Source: Squalus acanthias
Lineage: Eukaryota
Length of the DNA stretch: 64,000 nucleotides
Direction: 5' to 3'
Assembly: GCA_030390025.1 (NCBI GenBank)
Contig: CM059430.1
Location: 74,462,001 to 74,526,000, forward strand
The position numbers were made by a program, and so were the translations under genes. The notes beneath the pieces are model-generated. The model did no database searches. It was given only the letters and a program-made list of their open reading frames with translations, and had not been told where the DNA came from. Shown piece after piece: positions 23,601-35,739 of this stretch; the first letter of the stretch is position 1; the number at the start of each line of letters is the position of its first letter.

Positions 23601-26600
23601 GGTCGTTTAAAATATGATGATATTTTATTAATAAAGATTAAAGTGAACAATATTTACGATTATTTAAAATCAGTGCGGCAGTTTCTAAACGTTGCTATCC
23701 TTATTCTATATTTGAATCCTTACAGAATATATCGTGTTTTCTACAGAAAAGGGAAACACCAAGACTAAATTCAAAAATATCTAGAACAAATTCATGTGAG
23801 TGCAAAGTCTAAATGCGTTAGTTGAGGTTTGAAACAAAGTAGCGGGAAAAATAAGATGACTTTACCCGATCTTCATGCTCAGTAGTATTCACTGAATTTC
23901 TCTTGCCGCCGGCTGGAAAATAAAATTAAAATGAATCGCCCAGAACGATGTGCTATTTCAGTTCATCATCAGACAAACGAAATCAAATATAATTCGGTTA
24001 ATTGCAGTTTTCAATAGGGCCACATTTTCATGTTATATCTCAAGAACGTTAAAACCGCTCGCATGTTTATGTTACGTTCAGGTGATAACTTTATGCAAAT
24101 CATTGCACCCATTAAATTCAATGATAGAGATCTAGAACTCCATCAACAGGGTTTAGCAATCTGCAGCCACGAACCTGCTAATTTTCAAATTGCGATCTAA
24201 TATTTGAGTTGACGCAAGATGTAAGTTTGAAAATATTTCTCATCAACCCGTTAGTTAGATAGTGCCATTCAGCAACACCGCTCCCAAAGATATTATCTGT
24301 TATCAGTACTTTTAGCCTATACATGCGTGCAAATTATTCGTTTCAGGATCAATAATACTATTCACTCCTGAATTAAATAACGATTTATAATGTGCTGTCA
24401 GAAAGTCAATGATCAAGAAATTGGGTATCGTTCTTACCTTTGGATGTAATGAATGAAGGGCCCTTCACAGTCATAATGGTTAGCAGTAGAATTATCACCG
24501 CACCACCGGTACAACCAGCGATCAGAATAACACTGGAATTTTTGGAGTATGTAACTGGTAAAATAGATAAGGGAGAACCATTGGATGTGTTGTACTTGGA
24601 CTTTCAGAACGCTTTCGATAAGTTCCCGCATAAGAGATTAGCGTGTAAAGTTAAGGCACATGGGATCGTGGGCAAGGTATTGGCTTGAATAGCGAACTGG
24701 TTGGCAGACAGAAGCCAAAGTGTTGGAACAAATGGGTCTTTTTCCGAGTGGCAGGCAGTGACTAGTTGGGTACCGCAGGGATCGGTCCAAGGACCACAGC
24801 TATTCACAATATATATTAATGATCTAGAAGAGGAAACGAGATGTAATATCTCCAAGTTTGGAATGACACAAAGCTGGGAGGGTGTGTGTGCTGTGAGGAG
24901 GATGCCGAAAAACTCCAGTATGATTTGGACAGGTTGGGTGATTGGGCAGAATCATGGCAGATGCATTATAATGTGGATACCTGTGAGGTTATCCACTTTG
25001 GTGTCAACAACGAGAAGGCAGATTATTATCTGAATGGAAATAGATTGGGAGAAGGGAAAAGTGCAACGAGACCTGGGTGTCCTTGTACACCAGTCGCTGA
25101 TGGTAAGCATGCAGGTGCAGCAGGCGGTTAAGAAGGCAAATGGTATGTTGGCCTTCGTAGCGAGAGGGTTCGAAAACAGGAACAAGGATGTCTTGCTGCA
25201 GATGTACAGGGCCTTGGTGAGACCACACCTTGAGTATTGTGTGCAGATTTGGTCGCCTTATCTGAGGAAGGATGTTCTTGCCATGGAGGGAGTGCAGCGA
25301 AGATTCACCAGGCTGATACCTGGGATGGCAGGAATGACGTATGAGGAGAGATTGGGTCGATTGGGCTTGTACTCGCTGGAGTATAGAAGAATGAGAGGGG
25401 ATCTCATTGAAACTTATACAATTCTAACAGGAATAGACAGACTAGATGCAGCAAGGATGTTCCCGATGGACGGGGAGTGCAGAACCAGGGGTCACAGTCT
25501 AAAGATAAGGGGTAAGCCATTTAGGACAGAGATGAGGAGGAATTTCTTCAACCAGAGAGTGGTGAACCTGTGGAATTCTCTACCACAGAAGGCAGTGGAG
25601 GTCAATTCAAAAAATGTATTCAAGAAGGAGTTAGATATATTTCTTAAGGCTAAAGGGATCAAGGGGTATGGGGAAAAGGCAGGGACAGGGTACTAAATTT
25701 GGATAATCAGCCATGATCTCATTGAATGGCGGATCAGGCTCGAGGGGCCGAATGGCCTATTCCTGCTCCTATCTTCTCTGTTTCTATGATCGGAGAGACA
25801 AACTCTATCAGATTGATATAAAATCAAAATTAGGAACTGTGGAATGTAAAACGGATATACACAGGTTTAAATGTCACAATCATATTTCCAAGTATACTCC
25901 TCTGAGAATAAAACAACGTGCATAAATCCTCACCATATCGATTTCATTAACTCTTTATTCAGCAGATTTATAAAACCGGAAACAAATAGTTTGAAACACC
26001 AAGTAGTTTGGATATATAGCAGCAATGCGAAATAAAGGGTAGAAAACCATACAAAAATGTCGTCTTCCAATTGACGAGATAAAGCGCATTGGATAAGAAT
26101 CAACCTGTTCGCGACATGTTGCAAAATAATAAATTAGTTTTGGGTGTTTTCTCTGATCATTGCATAGCTCAAACTCTGAAAGACATTATATTACAAATTC
26201 GTTCGAGATTCTCTCTGCAGCCAATCTTCACCAAGGCTTTTTGCAACTTTCCACAAATGCGACCAAGTTAATTATTATTCCATATTTGTTATAGTGTCGA
26301 GGGAGTCGTACTGCGCATCGGATGATGCTGGGACTGACCTTGGACTGCTTGTTGGCTGCAGGAGTGTGAATGCCTTAAATTACCCAACTCCATACCTCCA
26401 CCCCTCACTAACTTTCCCTATTTCTGGCATCAAAGCTCACTGTGCACCCCCTTCATAAGATTGCAAAGTTATGACAGTTATTCTGAATTATGTAAACAAA
26501 ACTGAGGACTGGTGTCCACTATTTGCTAATTTGCTTACGTCCAACTTAATTCTCATCTGATTGAAATAAGCAACATGCGATGGAATCGCGATTAATGTAC

Positions 26601-28521
26601 CACGTGTGATTTAATATTACCTTCGTTAGCAACTGTGTAGCTGGCATTAGCTGGAATTGAGTTAGAAACGTGATGTACTTGACAGGTGTAAACTGTGCCA
26701 CGCATCATTGGCTCTGTCTCCTCTAAGGAGCTGATAACTTCATACAGTCCCTCTGTCTTTGCGTGTTGTTCATTTCTAAATCCAGTCTGGATTGCGGTAC
26801 CATTTTTATGCCAGGTGAGGTTAAAGTCGTTCGGGTAAAAAGGAGCCGTTCTGCACTGGAGTCTCAGAGAAACGGATGAAGCCCCTTCGGATGATACGGA
26901 TACAATTATCAGGGGAGCGGGGGAAGCTAAATGATAAAGAACGTAATTCAGATAAAGCAAAATATCTGACATGTATTCTATCTACTCTTTGATTTTGTAA
27001 AATAACAAACAGCTCTTTCCGGGCAACGTAGTTGTATTGATAATCATTATTTATCCTAACTGGAGCCCAACCTAAGCTTTTCTTCGCTGAAGCTAAACGT
27101 TCCTCCCCCGCGGTATTGACATATCAACCTTTTTATACAGTAAAGTTGATTTACAACATTGGGCCTCTTTTTGTTAATACTAACGTGTTCGAATCGCCAG
27201 ACTGCGCTTAAATTGTTGCCAGAGTACAGTCGAGGTTCTGCTGCTGTACCGAGAAGATTTCTTCTTCTGGAAAACAACAATCGAGTTCGGACCTTGGTGT
27301 GGACTACAACACTTGCTTTATCCACTGCGTTTCGTCAGTTCCACGGTACGCCGTTCAGGAATTTTATGTGGAATGCAGAATCTGGAAGCGCCCTCTAAAA
27401 GATGCTAATCGGAATCGTGCTCTTCTAATTAGATAAACGATATTTAAAAATGTGTAATATTTCGAGTAAGCCCAAGATTCTTCATCCTGCCAATTGTTGC
27501 TCAAACTTAAATACTCTTTTATTTCCCAGCCCTGAATTCACTTTCATCGACAAACAGAGAATCAAATAATTATTGCTGATATAGGTCAGTTGTCACGTTT
27601 TGCAGAGACCCTGGAACTGGAAACTTTCCATGTTGTTGAACACATGTCCTTCTAAACAATAGAAAGCTCTATTATTTTATACAGAATGCATTTCTGTATT
27701 GAACGCCTTTGTTAAGCGCAGTTTAAATAGCTGCAGCAACTAAACACTTCAAGTTTCTAATTTCAGCCACACTTACCATATACAATAAGTTGTACACCAC
27801 TATTTTTTGCAACCGTTTGTTGCTGATATTTTGCTACAGCGTAATACGTTCCGGCGTCCGGGATAGTTACATTCAGAATGTGAAGGTAGGCGCCGCCTCT
27901 CTTTATACTGAACAATTTTCTGCTGTCTTCTTGCAGGAAGGTCTTATTACCATCTCTCCACCAGTAAACAATTACGTTTGAATGATCGAGATCGAAGGGG
28001 AAAGAACATCGGAAGGTAACTTCTGTGCCTCTGAGCACCTTCGTTTGCACAATATCCGGAGACACCTTGTCCGATGTGCCCATAGCAACTATGAATAAAA
28101 GATGCATATTCGGGTTTAATCATTCAGAAATAAGGAAGATGAACTGCAGCACCAAAATAACATCGTGCGTCCATCCTTTCCAAATAATACATTTGTAATT
28201 CAATGTTCCTAATATAAGACTTATTTTCCAGTTTCTGAATGAGTTTTATCATAGAATTATCATAAATAACATTACCTTTGTCAGCCAGATATTTCCCTCT
28301 GGCAAGGAACACATGATATGAAAACAATTCATCAAATTAAAACAGTATAAACAATACCCGTTTGCACACCAACTATAAGATCGACTTCATATGCTGTGTC
28401 AGGAACAATTAATGCATAAAAAAAGTAATAAAAGTGTACCTGGATACAGAATGCACAGGAAACGCATGCCCCAAAGTGACACATTCATAAACATATCGGC
28501 AAAGAAAATACGGTAGATCAT
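20552..28521 (-). CDS. SIRP-like V-C1 immunoglobulin-superfamily inhibitory receptor, 7 coding exons (~367 aa if the LINE-derived acceptor is used)
   Basis: All introns GT-AG and phase-compatible: leader 28521-28440, V 28088-27777, C1 26926-26621, TM 24554-24438, linker 23912-23866, Tyr exons 20939-20829 and 20680-20552; total 1104 nt with no internal stop. Tail motifs LTYAAL, TVYAET, LTYAAL, LVYAAV. Confidence 0.8.
20829..20939 (-). CDS. Receptor exon 6, ITIM exon 1
   Basis: 111 nt, phase 0-0, KEREVAEDKLTYAALELIGSKEGEKSKQHEGSTVYAE; conserved at 63691-63801. Confidence 0.88.
23010..23225 (+). mobile_element. DeuSINE/SacSINE1-like SINE 3' part
   Basis: ctgaagtggtctagcaagccactcagttgtatcaaaccgct...cacatcccgaaaatgaataataaa; related pieces at 28640-28830 (minus) and 37797-37870. 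Confidence 0.55.
23866..23912 (-). CDS. Receptor exon 5, juxtamembrane cytoplasmic linker
   Basis: Strong acceptor ttttaattttattttccag, 47 nt, phase 1 to 0, AGGKRNSVNTTEHEDR, donor CGG|GTAAAG; bridges the phases exactly. Confidence 0.75.
24438..24554 (-). CDS. Receptor exon 4, transmembrane exon (5' part LINE-derived as modelled)
   Basis: VILIAGCTGGAVIILLLTIMTVK followed by the donor AAG|GTAAGA; no charged residue in the membrane span; the modelled acceptor ttctcccttatctattttaccag lies in antisense CR1 sequence. Confidence 0.75.
24533..25788 (+). mobile_element. CR1 (HER1-like) LINE, 5'-truncated, inserted antisense into the receptor TM exon
   Basis: Starts in RT (LEFLEYVT..DVLYLDFQNAFDKFPH; VPQGSVQGPQLFTIYINDL), continues through ORF 25034-25696 to the 3' tail tcctgctcctatcttctctgtttctatg. 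Confidence 0.93.
26621..26926 (-). CDS. Receptor exon 3, Ig C1-set domain
   Basis: Acceptor tctttatcatttag, donor G|GTAATA, 306 nt, phase 1-1; LQCRTAPFYPNDFNLTWHKNG..GLYEVISSL..YTCQVHH. Confidence 0.93.
27777..28088 (-). CDS. Receptor exon 2, Ig V-set domain
   Basis: Acceptor ttttattcatag, donor G|GTAAGT, 312 nt, phase 1-1; VTFRC..VYWW..YLHILNVTIPDAGTYYA..GVQLIV. Confidence 0.92.
28440..28521 (-). CDS. Receptor exon 1, leader peptide
   Basis: MIYRIFFADMFMNVSLWGMRFLCILYP followed by phase-1 donor CAG|GTACAC; several in-frame ATGs, so the true start is uncertain. Confidence 0.65.
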
Positions 28522-28569
28522 CCGTTGTGACTTAGAGCGGAATGGGTGAAGATTTGACGAATGGGCGGC

Positions 28570-28612
28570 TGTGTGCGTAATATAATCTCCTACTGATCTG
28601 TGATGTCAGACA
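28570..28612 (-). promoter_or_regulatory. Possible proximal promoter of the receptor gene
   Basis: TATATTA about 55-60 nt upstream of the first ATG and a CRE-like TGACATCA at 28601-28608; motif match only. Confidence 0.2.
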
Positions 28613-28639
28613 GCACATGATTTTTTAATTGCATGATGT

Positions 28640-28830
28640 TTTTTTTATTCATTCGCGTAATGTGGGCATCGCTGGGACGTCCAGCATTTATTGCCATTCC
28701 TAGTTAACAATGAGAAGTTGATGGTGAGTTGCTTTCTTGAACAGCCTCAGTTTTTCGCAGCGCACAACTGAATGGCTTGGTAGGCTATTTCAGAGAGCAG
28801 TTAAGAGTTCACCACATTAGTGGGGAAATG
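28640..28830 (-). mobile_element. DeuSINE/SacSINE1-like SINE 3' part
   Basis: Reverse complement of the SINE tail seen at 23010-23225 (ttttttattcattcgcgtaatgtgggcatcgctgg...). Confidence 0.55.
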
Positions 28831-31800
28831 CATGCCCCTGAGAGGTGATCAGCCAAGGTAGTTGTGAGCAGAAACGGTAGCAGGAACTAGGGGGCTGTAG
28901 TAAAAGCAAAATACAGAGCTTAATACAATTGTACATGAGCTCACATTCCATAAATCCTCTTTTCTTCACCCGCCAAGACGGACGAATACTGCATATCTTC
29001 GGTGATTTTGATTCTGCAGAATCTGCTAATTGGGTCCATTGTTGTCCTAAGAAGGATCGCCTGAGTACGAAAGTCCATTTCTGTCGGGCTGCTTCGTATA
29101 AGAAATATTATTGGAAGTAAGGATGTTCCATAGATTGTTGGACCGAGCCACAATTAGAAGACTTGATGGCACGGCAATATTGTGGTAGTGGAGGTAATTG
29201 AATGTAGGTGGAATAACTGTGTCGACTTTCATACTTATCTTCGAATTGCTTTTAAGAATTTCAGAGCATTAAATGGACTATGGATATTAGCCATTTTACT
29301 ATAAAAACTGTGACTACAGTTGGATTCAGGTCCCCAGTAGCAGTATAACTCGCCAGTCAGGTTTCGAATTGAATCTGGAGCTCATTGGTGTCAAGCAGTG
29401 ACAGAGTGAGATGCTCTCCGCCTGGAAAATCAGTCCCCTATAACTTGTGGCTGGGTGTAAAAAGCAGCATCTCCTGTACATTCAACAAGCTATTCAATAA
29501 ATTGCGATGTGCAAACATGGCAGGTTTGTCACTTTAGCCCATCTGTCAAACACTCCGTCCGGCGCCGCTTAAGAAAACCGTTAAACCAACGCCCAAAAAT
29601 TGAAATTACCTCTATAATCTGTAATTCCAACATAAAATTGTGGTGTCAGTTTCATGGCATTTTCCCCGATATCCCAGCATAACTTCTAGTGAATATCTGC
29701 GGATAGCCCGTGAAAATTCAAGTCCTTAAAGTTTTAGAATTTTCCCGAGGTCAAGACCACATTTGGATACAATTTCATTGAGAAGTTTAATTTATAAATC
29801 GCAGTTATAGTTACATTCCAAAGTAGGCAGTTTCAGCAAGTAATAAATAAACTACATTTAGATGGAGGCAGGAAGATACAAAAGTCTAATTTAGCAAATG
29901 ATATACATCAAAAATTTAAATTAAAAAATACTTGCCTTATGCATTGCGTTAATGTGCGTAGAGTTAAAATAAAACTGTACTGTCACTTATTGTAAATAAC
30001 TGACCTGTATAGTTAAATGGTGTCCCAGAAACTCATTTATTTAGCGCTTGTTTCAACTCATTCTCTTGGAATTACCGCAGAGTTTCCTGCCAACTCCCTC
30101 CACAGCATAGGAGAAGCATTAGCGGGAAACCCAGAGAAAGTCACAGCAAATATTTCAAATTCCTGATTAAAACCTCATCAGCTACGAATGACGAGGGTCA
30201 CAAATTCTGAGTTAATAGTATATCAGCGATGGTTCCTGTCTGTTTTTTCACTTAATTCACCAAACACGTGCTAATGGCTGAGCTGACCTTAGCATTGAAT
30301 TAACTGCTTTATTTTGTTATTGGCTGTAACGAGCGGTAGCGATTCTGCAGTTTACCGATAATATCTACAAAGGCTGGAACTCTGAATATGTTTAAACGAT
30401 TAGCTTGTCAAATAACAGCATCTACAATCGAGCAAATGTATGAAACTCCGAGTGGAAAAAGTTGCACGTATTGACATGAGGTCAGCTCTATACCGTTTCT
30501 ATATAATTTAATGCTTGACTACAAAGGACGTGTTGCACAACAAGCTGCTTTGAAGAGGATTCATGCGGTTCAGGTTAGGTCCGTAGCATCACACAGCCAT
30601 TGAGTGCTGTTCATTATTGCATTTTGTTTGTAAATACCATCCGCAAGGTCAGGTTCTTTTTTTAGTGGAATGATGTGAACTTGATGGCGTCTGAATGCAA
30701 GATTATGTGTTGTATTTATATTATTATTAATCTATCAACAGAATATATTTAAAAAAACAAATTTGGGGTAACTTTTTATCTTTCTGGTCGCCGGGCAGAG
30801 TTTCATGCAGCGGGGAACGTACCGTACATGCGTGTGTGCTTCCAGTCCTAGGCTACCATATATTACTGTGAACTGTCGATAGAGAAAAGGCCACACACAC
30901 AGGGAAATACGATTCTGGTTTACATTCCTGCTAGAAGTATAATAATAGAAACGATGGGATTTTGAATTTGCAAAAGGCAAAATTTGAGCGTCATTTGAAA
31001 CATTGCATGCTGTTCTGTACGTCCCATTACAGCAAATGTTTTGTTGCCATTAAAAGGGTACAGCGACGATTCAATAGTGCTGTGAGTAATTAGGGACTGG
31101 CCCCACAAAGAGCAATTCAGGTTAGCCTTTCTTCAGTGGAACAGAGAAGATTGACGAGGAGCTAAGAGAGTCTTTGATAATTCTGAAAGCTTCTGCTAGG
31201 GAGACAAGAAACAGATTGTTTCCTTTTGATTACAACGAGCGGGAGCTGAGAATTATCACTAAAATAACATGTTTGTGGGATTTTGTTAGGGCTGTTTTAA
31301 TACGGAAGTTTATCAGAATATAAATACGCCAACACAAGTGGTTATTCTGTTGGAGACTGTAATACTCTTCAATAAGGAATTGTAGAAGCATGAGGGAAAA
31401 ATATATTTTTAATTCGATCAGTTGAAAATCAATGCCTATATTTAAGTTCTTTCCCACGCCACAGATCAACTCAGAATGGTTACGGGCTCTCTGCTCTATT
31501 GTCTGTGTCACCCGAAGGCCCTATGATCTGCAATACACTAACTCGGTGCTGAACGGGTATAATGAATGGGAGCAGCACCTGGTGACAAAAAACTCAAAGT
31601 TGCTGGATATAATCGGCATAAAGCCTTACCATGCGGAATACCTTGCAGACGTGTGTCAATTGGTGACCGTAAAGCTCATTAAATTAAATATTCTTCTAAG
31701 CAATCGACCTGCTTTGTTGAAAGGAATTAATTTCAATTTGCAAACAACATAACAATAATAGCAAGGCCGGATTCCATTAGCAACAGTTCCTCTTGGATTA

Positions 31801-32229
31801 CCTCGAAATTGCTGCTGAAGTGGTGCTGCTTCGTAAGCTTGCCTTCTTGCTAAAACATATGGTGTCCCAGTCACACAGAACCGTCCATGTCGCTGACATT
31901 CTGATGCAAGGACGTCTTCGGCAATGGTATTATCTACACAGATAAGTAATTGAAGGGAACCAATGTAATTGCTTTTTATCTACTTAAGACTAGTATTCAT
32001 GATACGGATACTGTCAGAGCCACATCAACAGTTTTTAACGTTGATAAGCTACGTTAGTATAAGTGGGACATGCATGTCCAGGGGATCAACTTTGCCCTGT
32101 ATATGTGGATTACTTCGAATCATGTGAATTGTTCCTCATATTTCAGAGAAAGATAGCCACAATAGATTAATGATAATGTGAGGCTTAAATTATCCTAATA
32201 TTTACTGAAAAAAACAGTGTAACAATCAA

Positions 32230-33900
32230 GGAAAGTGTTAGAGTTATTGGAATGCATGCAGGAGAATTGATCAGTATATTTACAGACCAACCAGGAAGGA
32301 GGCAGCGCTGGATCTAGTTTTGGGGAATGAAATGGGCAAGTTTTAGTGCGAGAGCATCTAAGGAGCAAGTGATCACAATATCATTAAGTTTAGAGTAGTT
32401 ATGGAAAGTGACAAGGCACAATCACAGGTGAAGACACTCAACTGAAAGAGGGCTAACTTCAGTGTGTTGAAAAGGAGTTTGGTTCAAATGGATTGGAAAC
32501 AAAGATTAGCAGGAAAAAAAAGTACATGAGGGGCAGGCAAGGACGAGATAGTTCGGGTACAGACTAAATAAATTCAATTGAGGTAAAAAGGAGGGACATA
32601 GTTGACCAAGGAAATTGAGATTAAAACGTTTATAATTCAGTAAAGGTTGAAGCAGAATATAGAAATTGCCGGGAAGAACTGAAAAATTAAATATGAGTGC
32701 AAAGCGAGTGTATGAAAAAAAGATAATTGGATAACATAAAAGGTAGCATTAAAGTATTTTATAAACTTATAAAGAGTAAATGATTTTCAAGTAAAAGGTT
32801 GGGGACGATTAGAGACCAAAAATTATGTTCTTTGTTGAGGCATTGCTGTGGTTTTGGATGAGTTATTTGCATTTGTCTTCTGAAAAGAAGAGGATGCTTC
32901 CAATATCAGTGAAGTTTGAAGGTTTAGAGCAATTGGACAGGATAAGAAGAGAAAAATGCTATCTATTCAAAGTTTGACTGCGCTCAAAGTGCAAACGCCA
33001 ACCCGTTCGAATAAGATGCATCACATGTTGCTGAGGGAAGCTCTAGCCACACTATTTCAATCATCTTTGGATATGGGAGCGGTGACAGAGAACTGGAGGA
33101 TTGCAAACATAATACACCTGGTCAAAAAGGGAAGAAGGATCAATCCGGTAACTAGAGACCATAATCCGTGGCAAAATAATTTTCACTGGGAAAGATATGG
33201 GTTAATAAATGAAAGTCAACATGGATTTGTTAAATCAAATCAGTCTGTCTAATTTGCTTGAGCTCTAGGATTAAATAATTAAGACGGTTAATTAAGCTAG
33301 TGAAATTGACGTTTTTCATATGAACTTTCAAAAAGCGTTTGATAAAGTGATATAGAATAAACTAATTAGTAAAATTGAAGCCCATGGGGTCAATTTGCCA
33401 CTGGCAACTTGGATACTAAATTGACGAAGAGACACGATCGAAGAGTAGTGGTGTGCACTTGTTTTTCAGACTGTAGGGAATTATACAGTGGTACCCCCGG
33501 GTGTCACTGTTTGGACCACTGCTCTTTTTGGTATATTTTAATGAACTTGACTTGGTGAAAGGGGGCATAATTTCAAAGACTTCCGATGATATAAAACTTC
33601 GAAATGTAGTAAACAATTCGGATGATAAGATAAAAAGTGATCATAGCAAGCCTGGTGAATTTAGCAGACACATTCAAGATGAAATTTCAGGCAGAGATGT
33701 ATGAAGTCATGCATTTTCTTTAGAAGAATGAGGCGAGGCAATTTGAATGAAATGGTACATTTTTAAAGTGTATGCGGAAACAGGGAGACATGGAGGTTTA
33801 CATACATAGAATTTTGAATTCGGCAGTGGATAAGGCTGTTAAGGGTTCCTTGGCTTTATAAATGGAGAAAGAGTTCAAAATCAAGGACTTTATGGTAAAC
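32230..33900 (+). mobile_element. Old, heavily decayed CR1 LINE (end of endonuclease to RT)
   Basis: Remnants PTRKEAALDLVLGNE, LFQSSLDMGAVTENWRIANI, INESQHGFVK, LFGPLLFLVYFNELD. Confidence 0.75.
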
Positions 33901-33904
33901 CAAG

Positions 33905-35165
33905 TCATTAATATAGATTATAAATAGTTCATACTCCAGCACTGATCACTGTGTCACCCCATTAGTTAAAGTTTGCTAACCGGAAAATGACCCATTTATC
34001 ACGACTCCTTGTTTTCTGTTATTTAGCAAATCCTCTATCCATGCTAATATATTAACCCAACCGTGTGACCTCTTATCTTGTGCACTAACCTTTTATGTGG
34101 CACCTTATCGAATGCCTTCTGGAAATCCAAATACAGGACATCTACTGGTACCCCTTTCTCCATCTATCTGGTTACAAATTCAAAGAATTCTAGTAAATTT
34201 GTCAAACGCGATTTCCCTTTCATAAAACCATGTTGACTCTGCTTGATTCTATTATGATTTTTTAAATGTCCTGCTATTACTTGTTTAATAATGGATTCCA
34301 GTATTTTCCCAATGACAGATATTAGCCTAACTGGCCTATAGTTTCCTGCTTTTTGCATTCCTCCTTTCTTGAATAGGGGCTTTACATTTTCGGCTTTCCA
34401 ATCCATGGCAACCCCTCCAGAATCCAGGGAATGTTGATAGATTACTACCAATGCATCCTCTATCTCTGCAGCCACTTCTTTTAAGACCCTAAGATATAAG
34501 CAATCAGGTCCAGGAGACGTGTCAGACTTTAGTCCCATTATTTTGCCGAGTACTTTTTCTCTAGTGATATTCCTTGTTTTAATTCCTCCCTCCCTATAGC
34601 CACTTGATTATCAATTGTTATTGTGATGCTTTTAGTGTCTTCTACCATGAAGACAGATACAAAATATTTGTTCAAAATCTCTGCCATTCCCTTTTTCCCA
34701 TTATTAATTCCCCAGGACCACCCTCCAGGGGACCAACGTTTACTTTAGCTACTCTCTTCCCTTTTATATACCTGTAGAAGATCTTACTATCTGTTGTTAT
34801 CTTTTTTGCTAGTTTACATTGATAATCTATCTTCTCCCTCTGTTATTTTTTCAGTCATCCTTTGCTGGTTTCAAAAATATCCCAGTCCTTTGTCCTACCA
34901 TTAATTTTTACAACATTTTGTGCATTTTCTTTCAATTTGATACCATCCTTAACCAGCCACGAATGGTTCATCGTTCTCGTAGTGTCTTTCTTTCTCACTG
35001 GAATACAACATTGCTGAGAGTTATGAAATATCTCCTGAAATGTCTGCCACTGCTTATCTACCGTCTTACCCTTTAATCTATTTTCCCAGTCTACTTTAGC
35101 CAACTCTGTTTTCATGCCTTTGCAATTGCCTTTATTTAAAGTTGGGATACTAGTTTCAGACCCAA
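33905..35165 (-). mobile_element. CR1 LINE internal fragment
   Basis: ORF 34164-34538 SPGPDCLYLRVLKE..GNYRPVRLISVIGKILE..QHGFMKGKSRLTNLLEFFE; ORF 34855-35115. Confidence 0.88.
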
Positions 35166-35739
35166 GGACATTAGTCTCCGCCCGCTGAGGCCCTCTCCCG
35201 GAGATTGTTTATGATCTGTCAATATGATTCCTGACAGATTGCAATTTCTGGGTTTTAGCGCAAATTACGGCCCCTTACGTTTAATGATAATTTTTCATTT
35301 CAGACTTACTCAATAGCTTCAGCTGCTGTGGGTGGCGGGCGGGGTGGGGGGGATCTGAAATAATGTTTGATTGTATAATTAAAGCCAGGACTCTGGATTT
35401 AACAGTCCAGTAACATAACGTCTAAGCTATGTCCCCTTATCACCCAGCAAAACACGCATGAACCACGGACCTTTACCTCCACCTGCTGTATGTTGAATGT
35501 AACCGCATATTTGTTTATATAAACATTGAAACAGAGCTAGTCTTAGTAAAGTACATTTCTAACTGGTTATGCTAGTTTATACAAAATGTCCACCGATGTG
35601 GCTTCCACCAACATCTAATGTCACGTTGCATGGTCAGGGACATGAAGTTGAGATTCAGGATAACAACGTACGCCTCCTTCAGTCTTGAACTCAAGGTGGG
35701 CCGGATTTTCCGATCGGAGGCTTCCTGCGTTGCATGGGA

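Noticed and set aside
25930-26124. Hydrophobic ORF (IFVWFSTLYFALLLYI) as the receptor TM exon
   Set aside because: No convincing phase-1 acceptor/donor pair; the 24438-24532 segment has a cleaner TM, a strong donor and the correct phase.
26621-28088. Germline-joined Ig light chain or TCR gene
   Set aside because: No FGxG J motif, and the gene continues into an uncharged TM and an ITIM-bearing tail.
31432-31950. 106-aa ORF and neighbouring protein-like sequence
   Set aside because: No recognisable motif or splice context and no paralog in the window to test conservation.
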